DNA of 38,630 nt from Chiloscyllium plagiosum (taxonomy: Eukaryota): positions 32,984,727 to 33,023,356 of the forward strand of contig NC_057718.1 in the NCBI RefSeq assembly GCF_004010195.1, written 5' to 3'. The position numbers were made by a program, and so were the translations under genes. Each line of letters starts with the position of its first letter. Position 1 is the stretch's first letter. Below, one piece after another: positions 23,984-34,840 of this stretch. Below the pieces are notes generated by a model that worked only from the letters and a program-made list of their open reading frames with translations, made no database searches and was not told the DNA's origin.

Positions 23984-24245
23984 AGCGAGTTTTGAGAAGA
24001 TTTGTAGCTCAGGTTGAGGTTCTGAATGTAGGTTTGCTCACTGAGTTGGAAGGTTCATTTTCGGACATTTTGTCACCATACTAGGTAACATCTTCAGTGA
24101 GCCTCCAGACAAAGCAATGTTGATGTTTCCTGCTTTCTATTCATATGTTTGGGGTTCCTTGGGTTGGTGATATCATTTCCTGTGGTGATACCACTTCCTA
24201 TGGTGATGTCATTTCCTGTTCTTTTTCTCAGGGGGTGGTAAATGG
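23984..24245 (-). mobile_element. PLE-like 3' terminus (family C) with CpG-decayed hammerhead
   Basis: Minus strand 24100-24061 reads TCA-CTGAAGA-T-GTTACC-TAGTAT-GGTGAC-AAAAT-GTC-CGA; short ggaaatga(c/t)atcac repeats lie upstream. Confidence 0.65.
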
Positions 24246-24264
24246 CATGAGTACTGTCTATAGT

Positions 24265-24640
24265 GGGGAATTTCAAGGATTATCTAATCTTTGAGAGATG
24301 TAATTCCTTTTCATCTCCACATTAAATGGAAAATCTCTCATTGTGAAACAATGATCCAGTTCCAGATACCTCAAAAAAGGAGCATCTTTATTACATCTAT
24401 CCTGTAAAACCCCTTGGAATCACATATGTCTCATCAAGATCATTTGTATTCTTCTAAACTGCAATAAAGTGCTAACTCTTCCCTTATAACTCCTTCATCC
24501 TAGTCAACCCTTCACAGAATTGCGTCCAATCAACTTTATCCCTTCTCAAATAAGGTGACCAAAAATGTGCCCAATATTTGGGGTGTGGTCTCATTAATGC
24601 CCTGTTACAGTTATAGCAAGACTTCCAAGTACTTTTACAT
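24265..24640 (-). mobile_element. CR1 3' fragment, decayed
   Basis: Remnants such as RPHPKYWAHFWSPYLRRD on the minus strand. Confidence 0.65.
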
Positions 24641-24756
24641 TGCAGTAAAGGCCACCGTTATAGTTGACTGTCCAATTACTTCTGAAACTTGCTAATTTTT
24701 TGTGTTTGGTGTACAAGGGCAGCTGTCTGACACTGCAATGTAGCATTCTGCATCTA

Positions 24757-24870
24757 GGAAAAAGTGAGAACTGCAGATGCAGGCTCAAGAGTACGGTGCT
24801 AGAAAAGCACAACAGGTCAGGCAGCATCCAAGGAGCAGGAGAATTGATGTTTCGGGCATAAGCCCTTCAT
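24757..24870 (-). mobile_element. Short PLE terminus (family A) truncated within the hammerhead core
   Basis: aaagtgagaactgcagatgc...gtttcgggcataagcccttcat directly abuts a SINE head. Confidence 0.82.
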
Positions 24871-25190
24871 GGGTGGCACGGTGGCTCAGTGGTTAACACT
24901 TATGCCTCATAGTGCTAGGGGTCGATTCCTGCCTTGGGTGTCTGTCCGTCTGCCGAGAGTTGGTACGTTCTCCCGTGTCTGTGGGTTTCTTCCAGGATTC
25001 TTGTCCAAAGATGTGCAGGTTAGGTGGATTGGCCATGTTAAATTGCCCATAATGTCCAGGGATGTGTAGGTTAGCCATGGGGAATGCAGGTTTATAGGGA
25101 TGGACTGACGCTGGATTGGATGCTCTTCAGAAGATTGGTGTGGACTTACTGGGCCAAATGGGCTGCTTCCACACTGTAGGGATCCTATCG
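24871..25190 (+). mobile_element. HE1-like SINE
   Basis: gggtggcacggtggctcagtggtta head, tccaaagatgtgcaggttagg body and CR1-like tail. Confidence 0.88.
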
Positions 25191-26889
25191 CCTTGCTCCG
25201 AGCACATTTATGATACGTCATAGTTCAAGGCCTTCAGAGGAATCAAGGATTCAGGAGATTTTGAAATATAAGTTCAAATGTTCTTACTTATATTGTCCAT
25301 GCACAGCGCCCCATGCCAAATTCTATAAACTTAGGCACTCCAGCTTTTTCTAAATTGTGCTGTTTACTTAGATAGCTTTGTTTTAATGTATTTGTTTGGT
25401 GTGTGATACATTTCTGTTGTATTATTAAAGAAAAATTATACATTAACCTATGATCGATCAAGACAGATTTCATGCTAGGATCTGATGTGTCCAGTATTAG
25501 CATCAGCTAGGATCACAAGTTATCTAAATATACAGCACAATCTTGAAAAATCTGGACACTTGGCACCAATGTCACAGGAAACATTCTTTGGATAACTACC
25601 AGGATGACCCGATGCCCTCTGGCACTGGTATCTTACAGCCTCATCACATCATCAAGGTACACTTCTGATCCGCTTACAGTATGCTTATGAACTATAATGC
25701 TGCACTTTGGAGCACACTGATACCTAACATTGGAACGCTGCTGCACACCAGGGTATCTCTGAGTACTACTGGCTTGCATTCTTAGCACTTATTCACTTTG
25801 CATCGACCTGTAAGCTCACAGTATCCTTATCTTTCCTCGCCTTTTATTGCTTTACCCCTTCTCTGCACTGTAAATGCTGACGGTATTTCTGTATTACTTG
25901 CCTGTTTAGCACAGACACAAAGCTAGGCAGCTTTTTGTGGTTATTAGCAGTTATCAGTTATTTGTTGCTGTACGGCACACTGCTACATCAATCTCAAACG
26001 CACAGCAAGTTCCAACAACTTGTGCAGCACATAGCCTGCATGTGCATCAATCAAATGCCGTGCCCTAAAATCGAGGGGGAACTCTGCCATCAAATCAAGT
26101 GGGGGACTGCTGTCAGTCTGTGGGGTATCACCATCAATCAAGGGGCTCAGGACAAACCTGTTTGTGGCAGTTAGGGCCATTGGGTACATCTCATTACTGT
26201 CCAGGGAGTGGGGTCAGTCAGTCTTAGATTCAGAGCAAGTAGTCAGTTCGGGAGCTGAACGGAGATCAACCAGGTCATTTATCAGTTAAGGCCATACCTC
26301 CAGGTCAGTTGAAAGGTGAAGTATGTTCAGTCAAGTGGGTTAGCACAATGAAGTGGCTGGGTATCAGAGGATACTGTTGTGATAGGACATGGGGACACAC
26401 AATGCTGGGGAATCTAAGTAGCAGCCTGAGATTCAAAGACTACAAGGACAGTGAAGAGGGAATATTCAGTATATAAGGGGTAGCAGTAGTGGTCATGGGT
26501 TGCTGCAGATGGTCACTATCACTGTGTCCTCACCAGCAAAATTGTGGTAGGAGCATAACGAATCTGTGCTGATGAGATTCAGGGGGTAAGGATGAGAGCT
26601 GGAGTTGTAGTGGGTGGAAATATGTGGGGTTCAGCAGAAGTACTCTATCCGGGAAGTCTAAGTAGAAAAGGACACGGGGATGATTCTGACAATCAGCCCA
26701 AACCTGGTACTCACTGTATCCAGCACAAATTACATTGCCTTCCATGATCTGTCAATTGTTAAATGTAACCTATGAATGGAAAAAAACTGTGACCAGACCC
26801 AGAGGGGGTGAAGTTGGTGTTAGAGCCCAAAACACAGGCTTCACTTCTGAGCAACAAGAGGCACTTCAAAGAACATTGTCTCAACCTTG

Positions 26890-27120
26890 CAGACATAATA
26901 TAGCTCAGTAACCAGGACTCCGGTGAGGCAAATGATGGGCCTCCTGCAGATGAGGTTCCACTGCTTGGATAAGTACAGTCCAGACAGGTGCTGCTTGATC
27001 CTGGCATGCTGTACTCTGCAGCACTGCAGCAGGCAAAGAGGGAATGTGAAGAAGGCTGATGAGCCTGGAGAGCCGGAGCATTCTTCTGTGGGGGAAGGTG
27101 AGGATATTATGCAGGTGGAC
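26890..27120 (+). pseudogene. PIF/Harbinger (HARBI1-like, DDE_Tnp_4) transposase C-terminal remnant
   Basis: TRTPVRQMMGLLQMRFHCLDKYSPDRCCLILACCTLQHCSRQRG resembles the recalled TRxxIExTIGLLKxRFRCLD..YSP.R...I.ACC.LHN....RG, followed by an acidic tail. Confidence 0.7.
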
Positions 27121-27607
27121 ATTAATCTTCACGTGGTCTGGAAGGATGGCTCACATCCAGAGTGCAACAAAGCCCGAGTGAATATGTAGTTCAGGGAATT
27201 TGGAGGCAGTGTGGGAATTTGGTGCAAAGGGGAAGAAATGCTTTTTGCTTGCTTTTGTTTTGGCTCGTAATTTGCAATTCTTTTTAAAACAAGATAAATT
27301 GAAGCTCAAGGACAAGAGCCCAGAGCAAAAGAGTGATATCACAAGTAAGCCATAAGATTTTAGAATCATAGAGTCATAGAGATGTACAGCACGGAAACAG
27401 ACCCTTCAGACCAACCTGTCCTTGCTGACCAGATATCCCAACCCAATCTAGTCCCACCTGACAGCACCCGGCCCATACCCTTCCAAACCCTTCCTATTCA
27501 TACACCCATCCAAATGCCTCTTAAATGTTGCAATGGTACCAGCCTCCACCACTTCTTCTGGCAGCTCATTCCATACACGTACCACCCTGTGTGTGAAAAA
27601 GTTGCTC

Positions 27608-28078
27608 NNNNNNNNNNNNNNNNNNNNNNNNNNNNNNNNNNNNNNNNNNNNNNNNNNNNNNNNNNNNNNNNNNNNNNNNNNNNNNNNNNNNNNNNNNNNN
27701 NNNNNNNNNNNNNNNNNNNNNNNNNNNNNNNNNNNNNNNNNNNNNNNNNNNNNNNNNNNNNNNNNNNNNNNNNNNNNNNNNNNNNNNNNNNNNNNNNNNN
27801 NNNNNNNNNNNNNNNNNNNNNNNNNNNNNNNNNNNNNNNNNNNNNNNNNNNNNNNNNNNNNNNNNNNNNNNNNNNNNNNNNNNNNNNNNNNNNNNNNNNN
27901 NNNNNNNNNNNNNNNNNNNNNNNNNNNNNNNNNNNNNNNNNNNNNNNNNNNNNNNNNNNNNNNNNNNNNNNNNNNNNNNNNNNNNNNNNNNNNNNNNNNN
28001 NNNNNNNNNNNNNNNNNNNNNNNNNNNNNNNNNNNNNNNNNNNNNNNNNNNNNNNNNNNNNNNNNNNNNNNNNNNNNA
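27608..28078. other. Assembly gap (471 N)
   Basis: Run of N inside the CR1. Confidence 1.
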
Positions 28079-28888
28079 AAAAGTAGAGGACCCAGCACCA
28101 ATCCTTGTGGAACTCCACTGGTCAGAAGCCTCCAGTCTTAAAAACAACCCTCTACCACCACCCTCTGTCTTCTACCTTTGAGCCAGTTCTGTATCCAAAT
28201 AGCTAGTTCTTCCTTTATTCTGTGAGATCTAACCTTGCTAACCAGTCTCCCATGGGAAACCTTGTCAAACGCCTTACTGAAGTCAATATAGATCACATCT
28301 ACTGCTCTGCCCTCATCAATCCTCTTTGTTACTTGCTCAAAAAACTCAATCAAGTTTGTGAGACATGATTTCCCACACACAAAACCATGTTGACTATCCC
28401 TAATCAGTCCTTGCCTTTCCAAATATATGTACATCCTGTACCTTAGGATTCCCTCCAACAACTTGCCCACCACCGAGGTCAGGCTCACCGGTCTATAGTT
28501 CCTTGGCTTGTCTTTACCGCTCTTCTTAAACAGTAGCACCATGTTTGCCAACCTCCAGTGTTCTGGCACCTCACCTGTGACTATCGATGATACAAATATC
28601 GCAGCAAGAGGCCCAGCAATCACTTCTCTCGCTTCTCACAGAGTTCTCGGGTACACTTGATCAGGTCCTGGGGGATTATCCACCTTTATGCGTTTCAAGA
28701 CATCCAGCACTTCCTCCTCTGTAATATGGATATTTTGCATGGTGTCACCATCTATTTCCCTACAGTCTACATCTTCCATATCCTTTTCCATAGTAAATAA
28801 TGATTCAAAATACTTGTTTACTATCTCTCCTATCTCCTGTGGCTCCACACAAAGGCCGCCTTCCTGATCTTTGAGGGGAGGTGGGGGT

Positions 28889-28992
28889 TTAGATCAGAAT
28901 GATGCTGGAAAAGCACAGCAGGTCAGGCAGCATCCTTCTCCTTTGATGCTGCCCAACCTGCTGCACTTTTCCAGCAACACATTTTTCAGCTC
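28889..28992. mobile_element. Fold-back PLE terminus (family A) lacking the ribozyme, at a CR1 deletion junction
   Basis: tgctggaaaagcacagcaggtcaggcagcatc / gatgctgcccaacctgctgcacttttccagca form an inverted pair. Confidence 0.8.
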
Positions 28993-30976
28993 GTCTATGA
29001 TACAATCCCAATAAGGTTATCATCCCTTTCTTATTTCTCAGTTGCACCCAAATAACTTCCCTGGATGTATTTCCAGGAATATCCTCCCTCAGCACAGCTG
29101 TAATGCTATCTCTCATCAAAAACGCCACTCCCCCTCATCTCTTGCCTCCCTTTCTATCCTTCCTGTAGCATTTGTATCCTGGAACATTAAGCTGCCAGTC
29201 CTGCCCATCCCTGAGCCATGTTTCTGTAATTGCTGAGATATCCCACTCCCATGTTCCTAACCATGCCCTGAGTTCATCTGCCTTCCCTGTTCAGCCCCTT
29301 GCATTGAAATAAATGCAGTTTAATTTATTAGTCCTACCTTGTCCCTGTCTGCCCTGACAGTTTGACTTGCTTCTGTTCTCAACTGTATCAGTGTCAGATT
29401 GACCTCTTTTCTCACCAACTCCCTGGGTCCCACCCCCTCACCTTACTAGTTTAAATCCTTCTGAGCAGCTCTAGCAAATCTCCCTGCCAGTCTATTCATC
29501 CCCTTCCAATTTAGGTGCAATCCGTCCTTCTTGTACAGGTGACTTCTACCCCAAAAGAGATTCCAATGATCCAAAAATGTGAATCCTTCTCCCATACACC
29601 AGTTCCTCAGCCATACATTCATCTGCTCTATCCTCCTATTCCTGCCCTCACTAGCTCGTAGCACTGAGAGTAATCCAGATATTACTACTCTCGCGGACCT
29701 CCTTTTTAAATTCCTGCCTAACTCTCTGTGATCTCCCTTTAGAATCACAACTTTTTCCCTTCCTATGTCATTGGTTCCAATGTGGATAATGACCTCTTGC
29801 TGGCCCCTCTCCCCCTTGAGAACATTCTGCACCCTCTCTGAGACATCCTTGATCCTGACATTGGGGAAGCAACACACCATTCTGATTTTTTGCTGCTGGC
29901 CACAGAAACGTCTGTCTGTACCTCAGACTAGACAGTCCTCTAACACAATTGATCTCTTGGAACCTAACATATCCTTCATTGCATTTGAGCCAGTTCTCAA
30001 TACCAGAAACTTGGCTGTTCGTGCTACGTTCCCCTGAGAATCCATCACCCCCTACATTTTCCAAAACAGCATACTTGTTTGAAATGGGCATAGCCACAGA
30101 AGGGTCCTGCACTAGATGCCGACCTCTCTCACCCTTCCTGGAGTTAACCTATCTATGTGACTGTATCTGAGACTTGCCCCCCTTCCAATAACTGCCATCC
30201 ATCACATACTGTTGCAGATTCCTCATTGCTTCTAACTGTCTCTCCAACTGATCCATTCGATCTGATAAGATTCGCAACCAACAGCATTTATTGCAGATAT
30301 AATCCTCAGTAACCCATAAACTCTCTTTAAACTCCTACATCTGACAAGAAGTACATGTCACTGTACTAAAGGCCATTTTTACTCCTTCACGATCTACAGA
30401 CCCAGAAAATAACTCTGTCTTATTCCTCTACAAAACACTGACCCAGGTTAAATTAATAGTTATGGCTAATATTTTAAGTTTAATCAAGGGCCATATCTCA
30501 AAATGCATATAATGAATAAAGAACCCACTCTATGCACTACTGCAGACTTTCTGTATGTCCCACTTAAAAACAATATACTTATTTGCTTCTGTGCTGTGAA
30601 CTTCGCCCAAACAGTTCCTCCAAGATCAATTGAGAATTTCACTGTTGGTTAATTTTCCCAGATGCACTTTGATGTCCAGCGATACATGAATTCAAACAGC
30701 AAAGGCAATAATTGAAGAGCAAAGGGACATAACTTTAAAGTCATTTAAATGACAGGCAAATGGAGCTGGAATATAAATCAGCCATGATCTCATGGTGGAA
30801 TAGGCCTGGGCTGCTGCCTGACCTTTTCTGAACCCTCCTCCTCATCAAAAACTCCTATGACAATGATTTAAGGATGAATGGTTTCCAGCAACAGTTACAT
30901 CAAGAAAATATAAATGATTCCAAACACTGGAGAAACTAAGCAATAGTGAGCAGGTTATTGGTGAACATTAACATAT

Positions 30977-31203
30977 TGTCTAGATTAGAGTGGTGCTGGA
31001 AAAGCACAGCAGGTCAGGCAGCATCCGAGTAGCAGGAAAATCGACGTTTCAGGCAAAAGTCCTTCATCAGGAATAGATGAAGGGCTTTTGCCCGAAGCAT
31101 TGATTTTCCTGCTCCTTGGATGCTGCCTTACCTGCTGTGCTTTTCCAGCACCACTCTAATCTAGACTCTGGTTTCCAGCATCTGCAGTCCTTGTTTTTAC
31201 CTC
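30977..31203. mobile_element. Fold-back PLE terminus (family A) with two opposed hammerhead motifs and 14-bp TSD
   Basis: gaacattaacatat at 30963-30976 and 31204-31217; inverted arms of ~90 bp; the right arm has ~38 extra terminal nt. Confidence 0.9.
31039..31074 (-). ncRNA. Minimal hammerhead ribozyme motif with GUC cleavage triplet
   Basis: ATTC-CTGATGA-A-GGAC-TTTT-GCCT-GAAAC-GTC-GATT; core intact, stem II weakened. Confidence 0.68.
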
Positions 31204-31342
31204 GAACATTAACATATGCATGCTGTACTGGGCTGAGCAAGATGATGCTATAGCACTGACTCTGGTGGAAAGGTGCAATTTAGGGATGATAAGTTTGACT
31301 TAAATAAACTGTTTTCATTGTAACCATTAACATTGGAGCATC

Positions 31343-31447
31343 TTCTGAAGAGGAGTCATATCAGATTTGAAACTTTAACTCTGTTTCCCTCTCCACTTAT
31401 GCTGTCAGACCTGCTGAGTTTTTCCTGCACTTTCTCTATGTGTTTCT
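31343..31447 (+). mobile_element. Short PLE-like terminus (family D) with hammerhead motif
   Basis: TT-CTGAAGA-G-GAGTC-ATATCA-GATTT-GAAAC-TTT-AA, then atgctgtcagacctgctgagtttttcc, which is distantly related to the family A tail. Confidence 0.68.
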
Positions 31448-32678
31448 GTCCAGTCCATACATGTTTAGCTCTAGCTCTACAACAGCTTGTTTCTCTGCAT
31501 GTTGCTGTTGATGTCAATAGTTTTAACTGTGTGTGTATGTGTATACAAAAACTTGCCACCTATAAATGTGGATTTAATCAACAACGCTAGTATCACATTA
31601 CACAAGAACATGCACGTTCATTTGCAATTCCAGAAATGCACTTTTCAACATTAGTTGCTCAGCTGGCTTTGGAAACTTTCCAGAACAAGTAAATGAGCTA
31701 TTAGGTTCCACTTAAACTGGTCCACTTAAAAAGGTCAAGGCTTTAATCTGATATACCAGTTATTTAGACTGTGGGCCAGAAAGAACACTGACTTCAGTTT
31801 CCGAATGCACTTGATTTATAATGTCCTCTTACTGTATTATAACATTTGTTTCTTGCATCAGACCAAGGTCTGGAGGAGGTTGTACATGTCTTTAATATTT
31901 GTGTAGCCATAATGTTGCCTTAGCTAACATGAAAAATAGTCATGTATTGTAAACTATATTATTAATTGTTAATTTGACAGCATGACTAGCCCTCAGTAAT
32001 TGTGCAATTTCAAACACACTCATTTTCTTTTCTTGGTATTCACATCTGCTCACATTATCCCTTTTGAAACTTGAGTTATAGTTCAGACTAGTCATTTTCA
32101 TTTTCCTTGATTTAGTCTATTTGCTGATGTAATCCAACTGCATCACTGTTGTTATAACAACAATTGTAAAATGGAGCAGCTGGATAAAAATGGCAATGAA
32201 TAGGGCTGGTGTGAACTGTTGACCAGGAGGTGAAAATCATACATCTTGAAAATGCCATTTCCTCAGATCCTATGTGGTTCCACTTATCAAAATTATTTGC
32301 AGTCTCAAAATAAAATTACCATAACATAAATTTTCAACAGAAACCAAGTGAACACAATGAACTTTTACTAAATAGTAAGTAATCACAAAAAACATCTTAA
32401 GGAAACACTGAAACTGTTCATTGAATTTAACTCATCAATTCAAATCAGGTTTATTATAATGTGGTAAAACTATAGTGTTCATTTGTTCTGTTTTATATTA
32501 CCATCAAAAAGTATTTGGACTATATTACAGCCAAACACTATATGCCAAATTGCCTATTCTCCTATCAATGGTTTTAAATATAATCCTAGATTATGATAGT
32601 TCAAAGCACTTAGCACTTTGATTCAAATCCAGTGTTTCAATTGCAGACGGCTACTGGTCATCACTGTTATAAAAACTT

Positions 32679-32826
32679 TGGCAGAATTTGCCCCTCCCTC
32701 GTGTGTTTTGAAAAATGGTGCTAAAGCTGGGAAATACAGGCAGAAATAAAAAGTAAACATTTTGAGATTGTGGATATTTTTCTGATTCTTCTCTCACATT
32801 TTAAAATTGACTTCAGAATTCTGCCA
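32679..32826. repeat. Possible MITE with 10-bp terminal inverted repeats
   Basis: tggcagaatt (32679-32688) and aattctgcca (32817-32826); no clean TSD. Confidence 0.3.
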
Positions 32827-33261
32827 TTGATTGTCAACTAGTTTATTTTCTTATTTTCATCTTACCCCTGATCTACCGCCGAACTGCAGTCATAATTAGT
32901 TTATTTCCATTCATTTACATCGTAAAAAAGCCCCAATTTGCCTTATTTATTCATAGCTTCCAAATCTCCTCTTCTTTCCTAAGGGTGCATGTAAATAAGA
33001 GGTCACGGGCCCCTTGTCTTGGTATCATTTGACTATTCATTCAAAACCACATCGTAATCTAATTTATTGTTCTTGATTCTTCATCCTTGCAAGTTACTGT
33101 CAGAAAAACACCAGCCTCACCACGTCAACATGCCTGTTCTTAAACCAACTCACACAGCATTTCAGCCCTTTAAACACTTCACTTTGGAGCTCAGGGACAC
33201 CAATGGGTTGCATTTTCTACTAGGTCGCTTTGCATGCAAGGAGACATGCTCATCGAGTCAT

Positions 33262-34032
33262 GGAGTCATAGAGTCATAGAGATGTACAGCATGGAAACAG
33301 ACACTTTGGTCCAACCTGCCTATGCCGACCAGATATCCCAACCCAATCTAGTCTCATCTGCCAACACCTGTCCCATATCCCTCCAAACCCTTCCTATTCA
33401 TATACCCATTCAAATGCCTCTTAAATGTTGCAATTGTACCAGCATTCACCACATCCTCTGGCAACTCATTCCATTCACGTACCACCCTTTGCGTGAAAAA
33501 GTTGCCCCTTAGGTCTCTTTTATATCTTTCCCCTCTCACCCTAAACCTATGCCCTCTAGTTCTGGACTCCCCAACCCGAGGGAAAAAATTTATCCTATCC
33601 ATGCCCCTCATAATTTTGTAAACCTCTATAAGGTCACCTCTCAGCCTCCGACGCTCCAGGAAAAACAGCCCCAGCCTGTTCAGCCTCTCCCTATAGCTCA
33701 AATCCTCCAACCCTGGCAACATCCTTGTAAATCTTTTCTGAACCCTCTCAAGTTTCACAACATCTTTCCAATAGCAAGGAGACCAGAATTGCACGCAATA
33801 TTCCAACAGTGGCCCAACCAATGTCCTGTACAGCCGCAACATGACCTCCCAACTCCTGTACTCAATACTCTGACCAATAAAGGAAAGCATACCAAATGCC
33901 TTCTTCACTATCCTATCTACCTGCGACTCCACTTTCAAGGAGCTATGAACCTGCACTCCAAGGTCTCTTTGTTCTGCAACACTCCCGAGGACCTTAACAT
34001 TAAGTGTATAAGTCCTGCTAAGATTTGCTTCC
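33262..34032 (-). mobile_element. Young 5'-truncated CR1
   Basis: Open 200-aa ORF2 C-terminus at 33354-33956; tail (catagagt)n. Confidence 0.93.
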
Positions 34033-34258
34033 TAGAGTCACAGACCACAGAAAGAGATACACACGAAACCCTCTTGGTGTAAAACAATTGCCCCTCATTT
34101 TTTTAAATCTTTCTCCTCTCATCTTAAAAATATACTCCCTAGTTTTGAAATCCTCCACCCCATGGAAACGATACCTGACATTCATCTTATCCATACCCCT
34201 TATGATTTTATAAACCTCTATTAAGTCATCTCTCAACCTGCTATTCTCCAGTGAAAAA
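34033..34258 (-). mobile_element. Second CR1 3' fragment, internally deleted
   Basis: Encodes RDDLIEVYKIIRGMDK..RGERFKKMRGN. Confidence 0.8.
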
Positions 34259-34840
34259 AGTATATATTAACACAGGATGAATCTTATTTCTCATGGCTTT
34301 CTCAGTACTCCCTCAACTTGTGCTGACTTGGAGGCTGCTGACCTCTGTGTACTTTGTGTTGCTTTGTTAGTACAACCTCAGTGACCGGCCTATGGGCTGC
34401 CAGCCTCTGTGTAAGCTGCATTACTTTATTAGTGCACAGGGTCTTCAGTGCTCAGTTACAAACTACCAAAGCCTGTGGTTTCCATTGTGTTTCATCATGG
34501 AGGGAGGGATGGGAAACTTGTTATGGTGGGGCAGAGTGAACAGTTAAGGGAGTGGGCATGTCTCTGTCAGATTTGTGCTAGGTTCACATCACACCAACAG
34601 CATTTGCCAGCAGCTTATGTAGCAAGCACACTGCATATGCTTCAAACAAATGGCCACGTGCAAGTCAAAGGTCCTTATTGGAATGAAAGGAGACTGCAGT
34701 TATTCAGGAAGTATCCAATTCCAGTCCAGCAATCTGGCCACAGTCAGTCAGGTGCTTGGTTCAACCGGATTCCAGGGATCCACGTTCTTGCAATCCAGCA
34801 ATAGGGTCAGGGTCATCCTTCAGGTCTAGTGCAACCACTC

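Larger units (their letters stand above)
27362..30712 (-). mobile_element. Long CR1 LINE (same subfamily as 1650-6379), with internal deletion and assembly gap
   Basis: ORF1 at 30376-29446 includes HIGTND and DGLHLN; EN start; RT at 28138-28848 (YRPVSLTS, QHGF, YIDFSKAFDKV); tail at 27362. Confidence 0.92.

Noticed and set aside
27382..28147. Long ORFs across the N gap (also 37359-37970)
   Set aside because: Artefacts of translating Ns.
33549..34082. Recurrent antisense ORF MPSSSGLP... (also 5329-5763 and 38002-38523)
   Set aside because: It is the reverse-strand shadow of CR1 ORF2, with no independent evidence of function.
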